Of a DNA stretch of 64,000 nucleotides, positions 18,089 through 29,000 are shown piece after piece. Source of the DNA: a virus. Taxonomy: Duplodnaviria > Heunggongvirae > Uroviricota > Caudoviricetes. Within the stretch, counting starts at the first letter, position 1; each line of letters starts with the position of its first letter. The position numbers and the translations under genes are program-made. The notes beneath the pieces are model-generated. The model was not told the DNA's origin. It worked only from the letters and a program-made list of their open reading frames with translations, and did not search any database. The DNA lies in IMG/VR virus record IMGVR_UViG_3300028422_000873; one strand, 5' to 3'.

Positions 18089-21000
18089 TTACTCCACTGT
18101 CATTGAGATTGAGTTTGATGCTGAGGAACTGTTAAGCGTGAATGATACACTAGAGAAGAACTGCACTTGGATTTCATCCCCTGCTACCACTGGGATATTC
18201 TCCAGAACCCCCTGAAAAGAAGATTGTACATTGAATGTAGCAGCATTACGAACTATAAAGAAAGCTTCATATTGAACTGAATTTATGTAAAGTCTTGCTA
18301 ATATAAGTTCGGTACTAGTAAGTGTAACAGCAGCGTTGGGAGATATTTTAACATGTGTTCTTAATACCCCATTTTTCTTGACTGTCATAGTTGAAGTTGA
18401 ACTATCCCAAGCATTGTGTGTATCAATTACTTGCCCAGTGAATGTTGTAAGTGCTGCCTCTGTTGTGAATGTCCCACTTGTTGCAGTGTACTTGAGTCTT
18501 TGTACTGCTTCCTTAACAAAGTTAGGAGATGATGAGTTTGATTTTTTAACGGATAAGAAGGTATACAGTTCTGAACCCCCTATTATAGAGTAGGTCCCAT
18601 CAACATTGTTCCTAGTGTACAATTCTATGTAATCCCCTCTATTTAGAGGGTAGTTATCTACAGACACATTAGGAGTAACTTGAAGTCCTGTAGCCTCTGC
18701 TACTGAACTTACTAACTTAGGGGAGCCATTGACATACACTAGACATTGAGATGTACCTCCTGCTGCATTTGCCAAATTAACTTGTCCCTTGAGGTCATAT
18801 AGTCCTGACTCTAATATATCTATTCTATTGCTTGCCGAATTAAAAGCTCCGGCCCCATTATATATTTCAGAGTCTATTAGCACTTTAACCTGAGAAGTAT
18901 CCCCAGTCACTGCTTGGGTTGATGACAGCTTTACAGTTGCTCCAATATTACGCCCACTATACATAGTTGCAAGTTGCTGCTGAGATTGCCAGCCTGCAAT
19001 TGGGATTGAGGCTTCAATAGACAGTCTAACGTTGCTTACACTAAAGTTGTATGTAGATGTGCTTTGCAAAATTGAAGTGGCAGATGTTGAGTCATGTAGC
19101 CCTATTGCCAACTTATTTGTAGATGTCCCATGTCTTACGGTTACAGGGATTGCAGTTCCAGTCCCAAGGGATATAAGACCTGTGCCATATACTTGTGGTG
19201 TCCCACTTATAGTTATATCAGTATTGACATTTAGACCATCTGGTAGCGTTAAGTAATACGCACCTGAACCAGCCGTTCCAGATACAGTCTGCGAAAATGT
19301 GTACGCTATTTCTAAGTTTGATCCTACCCTTCTTTTAAATGCTTGTGATGTAACGGTTCCTTGTGTTGGGTTAGTAGTTGAGCCTGTCCACTCAGGAGTA
19401 AACTCTTCCCACTCAGAAATAAAAGCACCTTGTGCAGCAGGCTCTTGGTTGAAGACTCGTACCTCGTCAAGATCAAAAGTATATCCATTTGTGTTAGAAT
19501 TATTGACTTCAAACTGAAGGTAAAACTCACCCTCACTTCCACCGCCTCCATTTACAGGAATTTGTAGTCTATATCTATTCCCCTCATACCAATTAGTAAC
19601 CCCATCAATGGTAGCAATTGCTGGGTAATAAGTTGTACTGTACTCACTAGAGTAAAGTCCAATTTTTATATCTTCATCAATATATCCTGATGATGTCTTC
19701 AATGCAAATGTTGTTTCAATAATTTGCCCACCATCACCATTTACTGTAAATGGACCCGCTCTAACATAATCTCCTGATTCATCTGAAGCAGCCTTAGTAA
19801 TTCGTAAGGATCCTGCACCTCTATATTGTCCAGATGTAATTCTAGTTATAGCAAGATTAGTATTATCTGTACTTGTCCAATCTGAAAGATCTGCTTCAAA
19901 AGTGCCATTTGTTATGTAGTTAAATAATCCATCTCCACTTCCGGTTCCACCTCCCCCTTCATATTGATAAATATCTGTATTCTCAACATTTTGAACATCA
20001 GCACCAACAGTTGAGATAATATATTCACCAAGTGCTGTTCCATTCTTCATTGGAACAGTCTCTGCTAACGCTAGAGCCTTTGTTGTCTGATCTGTACCTA
20101 AACTTAATAATAAATCACCGTTATTATCTATAAATACAATCATTTTCTTAAATCTATCATTAGCTATTGTCAAAAGTTCAGGACTACCAGAACTTACCGT
20201 AATATTACTTCCAGATGCAGCAGGTAATGTTACTGTTCCACTAGTAAATGTAGGAATTGCACCATTGATTGGTTGAATAGTTTTATTTGTACCATCAGCT
20301 AATGTTTTTCTTATATTCTCAATAGCAATTACTCTATCTAAAGATTCTGTAACACCATCTTGATACACCCTTATTTCAAAACCTGTATCACCATCAGCGC
20401 CATCAGTTTTTGCACCAATAGTAGAACTTTGAACAGTAAAACGACCATCTCCATTGTCATTTCCAGCTTCAAATTTACTATCTGCGATAATAGCAGTATA
20501 AGTCGCAGTACCAACTTGTGCACGTGTCATTCCAGTGGTAATTGTAGTAATTTCTATTGCTCTACTTGCAGCACTTGCTCCAGCGGGTATAGTTGATCCG
20601 CTATTATCGACATCATACCAGAATGCCACAGAACCAACATCATCTTGCAGTATAAAGTATTTTTGATCTAATGAAGCATCATTATCAGCTATAGCAATAA
20701 TCTCTGTTATCTCTTTGACACCGGATGTACCATTTTGTTTTAATTTTAAAGGCGGTGCTGTATCGCTTTGTATATCAATTATATTTGCTGCATTCTTATC
20801 TGTTTCAGATTGTAGTCTTAAATCTTCTGTAGCTTGATCTCTTAAACCATTATCTAAATTAGAAATACTAGTAGTTAAAGAATCACCACTTGTTACAAAG
20901 TTCTCATCACATGTTGAATAATTTGGTGCCGAATCTGCCGTACCAGTTGATCCTATAAAAGATAGAGTTTGGTCCGAAGAAGTTTGATCGATAGTCATAG

Positions 21001-23830
21001 ATTGACCATTCACCAACTTATCGCAGTTATGTCCTACAATAACATCACTACCAATTCTTCTTGCAATTACTACAATATTATTATTGTAGTCTGTAGCAGA
21101 TATTGAATCATATTGAGCTTTATTAACAGTTAAATTAGATACACCGACGCCAGTTCTATTTACGTTTACATAAAGTACATCACCATCTGCTATAGAACCT
21201 TGACTACCCGCTTGAATAGTATTTCTTGTATTAGCTAGATTAGGAATCTGTATATATGCATCAGCACTCCATGTCAATGTAGTAGTGCTTAAATTCCAAG
21301 ACCAAGTTCCACCTTGAATCAATTTCATGTTATTGTTTTGTTTTACAATTGTTTCAAGGTAATTTAAACCAGAGGTTGTTCCCACTGATGCACGATGACT
21401 ATTCCATAACCATACATCTGTAGTAGACAATCTTAATGCAAAAATGAAGATATTCTCACTTACAGGTACAGAATCTATATTTGCTATAGTTAATCCACTT
21501 AGATCATTAATACTCATTGAGTTATTACGATCTATCTCGAAATAAGCTGCTTGATTTACCGCTAACACTAATGGAGAACCTGTTATTAAATCTATAGTTT
21601 CAAGATAATTTTCAGATCCAGGGACTACAACATTTAGAGAAGCAGTGCCGCTTGCATATGTAAAGCTTATTTCTTGATTAGCTCCATTTGTAGTATTTGT
21701 TACCGAATCATATAATTCCTCTAATTGTATAGTCTTATCTTGAGCTTTATCAGCCATCATAGCCGTTAAACGAGATATTCTATCTGTTAGATTATCGGTA
21801 ATAGAAGAATTATAGTTTACCATACCATTTAATGTATTATTGTATGAAGTTGGCATACTATATAATGGATATGTTTGATTCAGGTTATCCATACCAATAA
21901 ATAACTGAATATTTTGAGTCTCTACCTCTCCTACATATTTGATTTCACCTTGGGTTAATTTAGCTTGTCCAATCTCTGTTCTAACATTAATTTTAGGTAA
22001 AGTTGCTGTACCCACAGTTTCATTACCTAATGCTGAACTAACTGGAATTGTAAAGGTTGTATTACCATCTACAAAAATAGTATGTGTACCATCATAGTTT
22101 ACAGTACCAGTTACAATAATTTTTTGGTCTGTTTCAAAACCATGATTTGCTGATTCTAATACAATAGAACCAGGAGAACTAACTCGCTGTGCTGTAGTTA
22201 TTGTTGCATAATAGCCATTAACACTTGCTTCATCAATTGTACTAGTGGCTCTTATATAGAATACATCTGCTGATTCAACCTCTACTGTATAAGTACCATT
22301 ATAATTAGTAGAACCAGAAATTGTTATCTGCTGTTTATCTGTTAAACCGTGTGCGACTAAATCGCATTTAGCAGTTTCCCCATCTCCCTCACTGACATTA
22401 AAAGTCAGCGTGGTTGTTGTAATATCTGAGATAGTCTGTATAGTATCAGATCTCATGGCTAGCCAGTAATAGTTACCACCAGAAGCAACTATGGCTGCGT
22501 CATTTCTATTTCCAACCTTAATGTCACTTCCTGAATATATACCCTTGCAATATATGCCTCTTCTGGTTTCAGTAACACCTGCATAATTACCACTTAATGT
22601 AATAGATTGAGCGAGTGCAGCAGTTGTTGGAACACCTCCACCACCTGTTGATGACCAAAATTGTTCTACACGAAGATAAAGCGGATCAATATCTGATTTC
22701 TTCTTAATCCAATCACCGACTGTTAAATTCTCAAATGCACTTAATTGACCATTTATGTAATTAACACCATTAATCCAATCCACATCAAGATCATTAGTGT
22801 TTAAAGGTTCGTTTCTTTCAAGTTCAATATATGCTATCTGCTCATTTAATAAGTCTTCACTGTCAGGACCTCTGATGATGTAGTCACGTGTATCGTGAGC
22901 ACTTTTATATACAATATCTTCTGACCATAAAACACGTCCTGCTACCGAATCACTATGTGTCCATGTTCCTTTAGAATATATCGTTGAACAAAGAGAATCT
23001 ACAAACATAGATACTAAATTATAAGTACTAACATCTTCATACCAGAATGTCGTACCACCTAATTCAGCAATCTTAGTCATGATAGCATCCATCCACTCTT
23101 TCAATGTATAGATATTTTTATCACCACCTTGAAATGGATTTGGTGCCAATCCATTCGTCATTGTTGTCGCTGGTTCACTTCTAGAGTACGTTGAAGATGG
23201 TAATTCACGAAAATTATAACGACTGTATGGGTCTTCTGTAATACCACCGGTACCAAGTCTAAACATTAAATCTCTAGCGTCCGTAATAGATGATATAAAA
23301 TTAACCCCCACTACTACTTTTGCAATTGGAATAGTATTTGCTGGAAAAGCTGAATTAGAAACACCAATTTCTGCTATAAGCGTTGACTCAGTATTAACAT
23401 CTTGTGTGAATTCTCCACCAAGTCCACCTTCCTTATCTGGATCCCAAAAAGATCTTGTATCGCTTGATGTATCTGTTGTACTTAATGTTAAATAAACATA
23501 ATTTGTAGAATTTTTTCTAAGTTCAGGAATTAATGGTTGAGCTAATGTGTTACCCTCTTCTAATCCATGAAAGAAAGGACCTGCCGAAGAACCTGGATAT
23601 AAAACAACTGAATCTGCAACTTTCACAGAAATACCAGTTGTTCCTATACTTTGATCTGGATCAATTACTTCAAATCCGCGTAAAATATACGGTCTTTCAT
23701 CATCAATTAGAGATTTAATGAAAAACTTAAAATCACCCGCTGTATATGAATCTATCGATAGTAGATCAGGAAGGTCTAGCCTTTCAGCACTTGATACTAA
23801 TAATCGCCCTAATACTGCCATATTTATCAC
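18089..23830 (-). CDS. large baseplate-attached tail fibre / receptor-binding protein
   Basis: 1913 aa beta-rich; (A/N)HG(L/F) repeats, CBM-like NYITNGTFEADLSDW, C-terminal C1q-like segments; follows baseplate genes. Confidence 0.75.
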   Translation of the reverse strand: MINMAVLGRLLVSSAERLDLPDLLSIDSYTAGDFKFFIKSLIDDERPYILRGFEVIDPDQSIGTTGISVKVADSVVLYPGSSAGPFFHGLEEGNTLAQPLIPELRKNSTNYVYLTLSTTDTSSDTRSFWDPDKEGGLGGEFTQDVNTESTLIAEIGVSNSAFPANTIPIAKVVVGVNFISSITDARDLMFRLGTGGITEDPYSRYNFRELPSSTYSRSEPATTMTNGLAPNPFQGGDKNIYTLKEWMDAIMTKIAELGGTTFWYEDVSTYNLVSMFVDSLCSTIYSKGTWTHSDSVAGRVLWSEDIVYKSAHDTRDYIIRGPDSEDLLNEQIAYIELERNEPLNTNDLDVDWINGVNYINGQLSAFENLTVGDWIKKKSDIDPLYLRVEQFWSSTGGGGVPTTAALAQSITLSGNYAGVTETRRGIYCKGIYSGSDIKVGNRNDAAIVASGGNYYWLAMRSDTIQTISDITTTTLTFNVSEGDGETAKCDLVAHGLTDKQQITISGSTNYNGTYTVEVESADVFYIRATSTIDEASVNGYYATITTAQRVSSPGSIVLESANHGFETDQKIIVTGTVNYDGTHTIFVDGNTTFTIPVSSALGNETVGTATLPKINVRTEIGQAKLTQGEIKYVGEVETQNIQLFIGMDNLNQTYPLYSMPTSYNNTLNGMVNYNSSITDNLTDRISRLTAMMADKAQDKTIQLEELYDSVTNTTNGANQEISFTYASGTASLNVVVPGSENYLETIDLITGSPLVLAVNQAAYFEIDRNNSMSINDLSGLTIANIDSVPVSENIFIFALRLSTTDVWLWNSHRASVGTTSGLNYLETIVKQNNNMKLIQGGTWSWNLSTTTLTWSADAYIQIPNLANTRNTIQAGSQGSIADGDVLYVNVNRTGVGVSNLTVNKAQYDSISATDYNNNIVVIARRIGSDVIVGHNCDKLVNGQSMTIDQTSSDQTLSFIGSTGTADSAPNYSTCDENFVTSGDSLTTSISNLDNGLRDQATEDLRLQSETDKNAANIIDIQSDTAPPLKLKQNGTSGVKEITEIIAIADNDASLDQKYFILQDDVGSVAFWYDVDNSGSTIPAGASAASRAIEITTITTGMTRAQVGTATYTAIIADSKFEAGNDNGDGRFTVQSSTIGAKTDGADGDTGFEIRVYQDGVTESLDRVIAIENIRKTLADGTNKTIQPINGAIPTFTSGTVTLPAASGSNITVSSGSPELLTIANDRFKKMIVFIDNNGDLLLSLGTDQTTKALALAETVPMKNGTALGEYIISTVGADVQNVENTDIYQYEGGGGTGSGDGLFNYITNGTFEADLSDWTSTDNTNLAITRITSGQYRGAGSLRITKAASDESGDYVRAGPFTVNGDGGQIIETTFALKTSSGYIDEDIKIGLYSSEYSTTYYPAIATIDGVTNWYEGNRYRLQIPVNGGGGSEGEFYLQFEVNNSNTNGYTFDLDEVRVFNQEPAAQGAFISEWEEFTPEWTGSTTNPTQGTVTSQAFKRRVGSNLEIAYTFSQTVSGTAGSGAYYLTLPDGLNVNTDITISGTPQVYGTGLISLGTGTAIPVTVRHGTSTNKLAIGLHDSTSATSILQSTSTYNFSVSNVRLSIEASIPIAGWQSQQQLATMYSGRNIGATVKLSSTQAVTGDTSQVKVLIDSEIYNGAGAFNSASNRIDILESGLYDLKGQVNLANAAGGTSQCLVYVNGSPKLVSSVAEATGLQVTPNVSVDNYPLNRGDYIELYTRNNVDGTYSIIGGSELYTFLSVKKSNSSSPNFVKEAVQRLKYTATSGTFTTEAALTTFTGQVIDTHNAWDSSTSTMTVKKNGVLRTHVKISPNAAVTLTSTELILARLYINSVQYEAFFIVRNAATFNVQSSFQGVLENIPVVAGDEIQVQFFSSVSFTLNSSSASNSISMTVE

Positions 23831-23880
23831 CCTTATAAAATAAGTTTACCTTTATAATTATACCTTAAATATACTTGATA

Positions 23881-26007
23881 TTAGCTATTTCTATTAGAAG
23901 CTTCCCAATAAGTATCTTCTGGATCGACACCGCTTCGGTATACATCGACAGTAGCATAATATTGAGTTGGATATCTAACTAAAAAGTTAAGAAAAATGCC
24001 TACAGATTTAATTTCTTCCATTAATTCTTGAAGTACTTCTCTAGCTGCTGCTGGATCTGTAATATATGGAGCACGCTCAGTACCTAAACCACCGAATTGA
24101 ATACCGCCGCGTCTTCGTATCATTGTAACTGAATCATTAATAGGGTGATTATAGTTAAATATATAAGCTGGATCTATACTTATTACTGTATCTGATGGTT
24201 TAAAAAAGTATCTCACTGGTCCTTCTTCGCGTTCAGTACCAAAACCAAATATCAATCGTCCTTCTTCATCCGGTATATCATTCGCATCTACTTGTATGTT
24301 TCTGACAGTGACCCCTGCTTGAATTGCAGTTGTTAAGTTGGTTGTGTATGACGATAAAACATATGCTGCATTTGTATCCCATAAATACGGACCTTCAGTA
24401 TCTGGCTTTAATGTTGATGTTCGTGATATTATTTTAGTACCAGCAACCTTTAATCCTATTCTTTCTATCCTACTTGTTCCACCGGTTACAGAACCATCAT
24501 CCCCTGGAGACCTGCATACAAAAGACGTAGGACTTATTATTTCAGTTACCTTCCATGTTCCATTAGCAGATACAATTAAAGCACCAATAGTGCCTTCAAT
24601 AATAGCATATTCATCTACACTTAAACCGTGAGCAGTACTTGATACTACTGTTAAATCATGAGATAAGCGTGTTGCACTAACTAAATTTACTTTATTTAAA
24701 TCTGCTAATTCTGGCAAATTTGGAGTAATTCCAAGAAGTGTGTTTCCTGATTTACTAGTATAACTATATTTTTGTTGATTACCGATTAATCTACTAAAGA
24801 AATCATGATTAGAAATACTTGTATCTGCTAATTCCATTATTACTCTTTGTTCCATCTCCATCATGAATTGACCAGAATCTGGAAAATTACTTGCATCATC
24901 AATGGTTAATGATGTATCACTATCTCTAACTGTCATTAAAGATATCTCACCATTTATATGGGCAGCTCCTTTTCTATTTCTTTTAACAATCGGTGGAGAA
25001 GGTGGTAATTCTACAATGATTTCTCCAGGGGATACTTCCCACGTTAATGCTCTTCTACTTTGACGCCATATATTAGCAGTATATGCTTGCATAAATCTTA
25101 AATCTGTATTACTGGTCTGTGTTTCAACACCAACAGTTGCAAATACATTATTAAATGAGAAAGCATTATTGCTAAGATCTACATTAGTTATTTCAAATGT
25201 ACCTAAATTACTAGGTAAATTAATTAATACAATGTCACCAACCTGAATATGTGATAAATTTGGATCTATTCCGCTAGAGTAAGTAAAAGTAGTTGTTTCA
25301 CCTACTTTAGTAACATTCCATACTGTATTTGAACCAGTACCAGCTAACTCATTAAACCCATCAAAACGCAATCCTATATTTGCTAATCCACCGGTTTGTG
25401 TTATGGATCCCTTTGACCCTATAGTATTAGTGAAAATTCTTATATGTGTACGTTTTGTCAGAGAGTCGTCATATGCGACAGCATAACTATATCTAGTTTG
25501 TCTATTTATAGCAGCAACTACTTCATCAGCAGTTGCATTACCTATATCAACAAACTCATTTGTTGAAAATTCTATACGTTCATTATTGTATTTATCGACT
25601 TCATACTCTAACGACCACTCGTCTTCTAGAATAAATGGTTCATACGCAGTTGTTTGAATAAAAGATGTAGTAGCATCCTTTAAGAAAAATAAATCTAATA
25701 ATTTATCAAATATTAATTTAACCTGTTTTGGTTGATAACTCATAATAGGAATAAATTTTCTGAAATCAGGGTCATCCATACCTATAAAACGCGGTCTTTG
25801 AACATTATCGCGCGTACCAAGTCTATCAATATAAGGACGTGTCGCAGTCTTTATAAAGAATTGCTTACGCACATTTTCAATCAATTCAGCTATATCCTGA
25901 TCGCTATTACCGATAGCACTTATTAATGCAGACCATATGGGGTTATTTTCACTATCATATGCCCTAGGAAGCTGTTTATGAAGACTATCTACTTTATTAT
26001 GAGCCAT
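23881..26007 (-). CDS. baseplate wedge protein (gp7/P2-I-like)
   Basis: Follows the baseplate J-like gene; N-terminal YIDRLG...MDDPDFR and C-terminal IKSVGIFLNF patterns. Confidence 0.65.
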   Translation of the reverse strand: MAHNKVDSLHKQLPRAYDSENNPIWSALISAIGNSDQDIAELIENVRKQFFIKTATRPYIDRLGTRDNVQRPRFIGMDDPDFRKFIPIMSYQPKQVKLIFDKLLDLFFLKDATTSFIQTTAYEPFILEDEWSLEYEVDKYNNERIEFSTNEFVDIGNATADEVVAAINRQTRYSYAVAYDDSLTKRTHIRIFTNTIGSKGSITQTGGLANIGLRFDGFNELAGTGSNTVWNVTKVGETTTFTYSSGIDPNLSHIQVGDIVLINLPSNLGTFEITNVDLSNNAFSFNNVFATVGVETQTSNTDLRFMQAYTANIWRQSRRALTWEVSPGEIIVELPPSPPIVKRNRKGAAHINGEISLMTVRDSDTSLTIDDASNFPDSGQFMMEMEQRVIMELADTSISNHDFFSRLIGNQQKYSYTSKSGNTLLGITPNLPELADLNKVNLVSATRLSHDLTVVSSTAHGLSVDEYAIIEGTIGALIVSANGTWKVTEIISPTSFVCRSPGDDGSVTGGTSRIERIGLKVAGTKIISRTSTLKPDTEGPYLWDTNAAYVLSSYTTNLTTAIQAGVTVRNIQVDANDIPDEEGRLIFGFGTEREEGPVRYFFKPSDTVISIDPAYIFNYNHPINDSVTMIRRRGGIQFGGLGTERAPYITDPAAAREVLQELMEEIKSVGIFLNFLVRYPTQYYATVDVYRSGVDPEDTYWEASNRNS

Positions 26008-26018
26008 GATTATCCTTA

Positions 26019-29000
26019 TTAAGCAATACTTACATCTGATGATTGAATAAATGCTTTTTCATTACTTGCGATTGATATACGTTCTGTATCAGCAGTTGGT
26101 GTTACAAAAGTTACTGCTGCTACACCATCTATTGCCATCACTCTAACTATAATATCTGACATAATAACATCATCTCCAACACCGAGAGTATTAATATGAT
26201 TAATTACTGCTGATTTAATTTCATTAGTGATTTCACTTAAGTTAACACCATTTTTAGTAGTTACATCTAAGATAATAGTTGTTCTTCTAATGAGTGGAGG
26301 TAGTGTCTCAATTATGCTTCCAACGGCTTTTCTACCAGGATAACTTGCCTCATCAGGTTCATAACCATCAACAGTTCTTTGTATTGTTCTTAATAAACCT
26401 GTATAATATAGGTATCCATCAACACCAGTTACAACTTCGGTATCAAAACCTATTTTATTGTAGGTGGTAATAGAGGTACCATTTGTCTCACTCCACTTGT
26501 AAGATCTATTACCTGGAGTTAAATAAACAATTCGTTTATTAGAATCATATGAATCAAGAGCGATATGTGCAACCTGTTTTACAGATATAAATTTATTATC
26601 ATCTCCTTCATTAATATATAAGAACGCATTTGCAACACTCATGAGTCTATTAGATTCAGCGGTACCAGAAGCATTAGTTACTCTAACAAAAGGTTTATAA
26701 GTGCTACTATCTGTACCAATCTGCTCTATATCAAAAGTTCCAGTATTGTTAGAAGAGAACCAATTAGGATCTGAATTATTAGATACATAGAGCGTATCAT
26801 TTACTCTAACTGTATCACCTTCAAAAATTCTAATATCTGTAATTCTATCTAAAATCTTACCATTATTAACATCATTTAATTGATCAAATGCCACACCAAC
26901 AGATGTAGAACTAGTTCCTTGATATAATCCACCTAATGTTATAGAAGTTGCTGTACTAAAATTACCAGTATCACTTCCAATAACTTGTAAGTAATATGTA
27001 TCATTGTCATCACGTTTTTTAACCCAATCACCAATAGATAAATTGCGAAAATTACCAGCAGAACCAGTTATAGTGTTTGCATTTGCTGTCCATATTACAG
27101 CAGTATCTTCATCATTAAAACTAACTATTGTATCAATTTCTTCCAATGTATTTCCATCTTGAAAAATAATAGCATCATTCTCAACTGCAAATATACGAAA
27201 TTCACCGTTATTATAACTCTGGAAAGTATCACCACTCAAGACAATTATATCTTCCACTGCAACACCACAGTCAGCAAAATTAGGAGAATCTCCTGCTGCA
27301 ACCTTTAATCTCAGCATGCTATTATATCCAAGATCTTCTAAAACATATTGTGTTCGTGTTGTTCCGGCTTTTAGTAGATAACCACCTGTGTATGTTGCAT
27401 CGCCAACTGCTGTTGCATAACGAATAATAAATGGTGAATCTACTTGAGTAACCAATCCTGTACTAGGGGTGGCTGTATTATTTGTTAAACTAAACGAATC
27501 TCCTACATTTAAGTTATGTTGATCGGAGAATGTAGCAACTGCAGTACCGCCTGTAACAACAATTTGTTGTACCCATGTAGGAGCTGTGTGCGGTAATTTC
27601 CATTCAATCATTGGTGTAGGATACACCTTAACGTTTCCTGTTCCAATTGCTGTTGCTGTCATAGCAACACCGTATGGATTCACAACATCAAAATAATTTG
27701 AAGTATTATTAACAGCGATAATAGGTAATCCGCTAATACTATCATCACCAGCAGTACCTACAGTATTAGTACTACTCCAACCACTAAAAGTTCCATATGC
27801 AGTGACCACATCTCCTACATTAACATTAATTAATGATTCTATAGGGACACCAGCTATTGAATGTGTCCATCTCCAAATAGTTCCTGCAGTAACACCATAA
27901 GTAGCTGATACATCACTAATTGTAATAGTTGTAGCAGAAGTAAAATTAGTTGTCTTTGGGTTATATCTATATTCAAAAGTTGTACTTGATATCTCAACCA
28001 CGTCTACTGAATCAGTACTACTTAATCTATTATAGCGTCTAGCATTACCATCGTTTTGTAATATAACATGGCTACCTGTACTAATAGTGTCTGGAAAAGA
28101 TGGAATTTTGACAGATAAGTAGTCTGTACCACTTACAGTGCTCACATCCGAATCAGCGAATATATGAAATTCTGCATTATTAGCACGTCCACCAACGATT
28201 TCAATACCGCCAGAAGATCCAAGTTCTTCTGACTTAATTTGTATTTTTTTACCAGCATCACTATAATTAATATCGGCAACAATATCCAACTGTGATAATG
28301 CCTTATGAGACATATGATGATTTAAATTATCTAAGGTGATAGGAATTAATTTAAATAATTCACCAGCATCTGTTTCATTATATACTAATGTTGTATCCAT
28401 ACGATAAACACTTGCGTCTGGTGAGGCAGTTGGTAACACCAATGGCACCTTAAGATCAAAATTATATGCAGGCGCTACATCATTTCTAAAGGTTTCAATC
28501 CAATTATGACTATCATAAAATTGTATATACTCATCTACGCCGACATTTAATCCATATGCAACACTACCACCAGAACTTGTTTCTTCTATTGTTGCAGAAT
28601 AGATATCACCACTTACAATTTCTATAGCGGTTAATACATTACTTGTAACTATAGTATCAGCTATATCAGATGTTGATGTTCCAGTTATAGGAAAAATGTT
28701 GATTGATGCAGGAATATTAATCGTTTCATAAGCTACTGTAACACCTTGAGTTTGAGTTGCAATATTCCATGCATTACCTAAGTTTCCATTAGCAGCATCA
28801 GTAACTGCACCAGTATTCACATCTGTACAATCTATTATTCCAGTACCGGTTGTTGGACAATTAAAATCAGCTAAAGTATTTAATGTTGTTGCTAATGTAT
28901 CACCAACTTGTGCAGCAGTAACTACACCTGAAATATCAACTCTTTGGAGTGTTCTTCCTCCAGCTGCCGGTATCGTAGCATTAGCACCAGTTGTATCCAT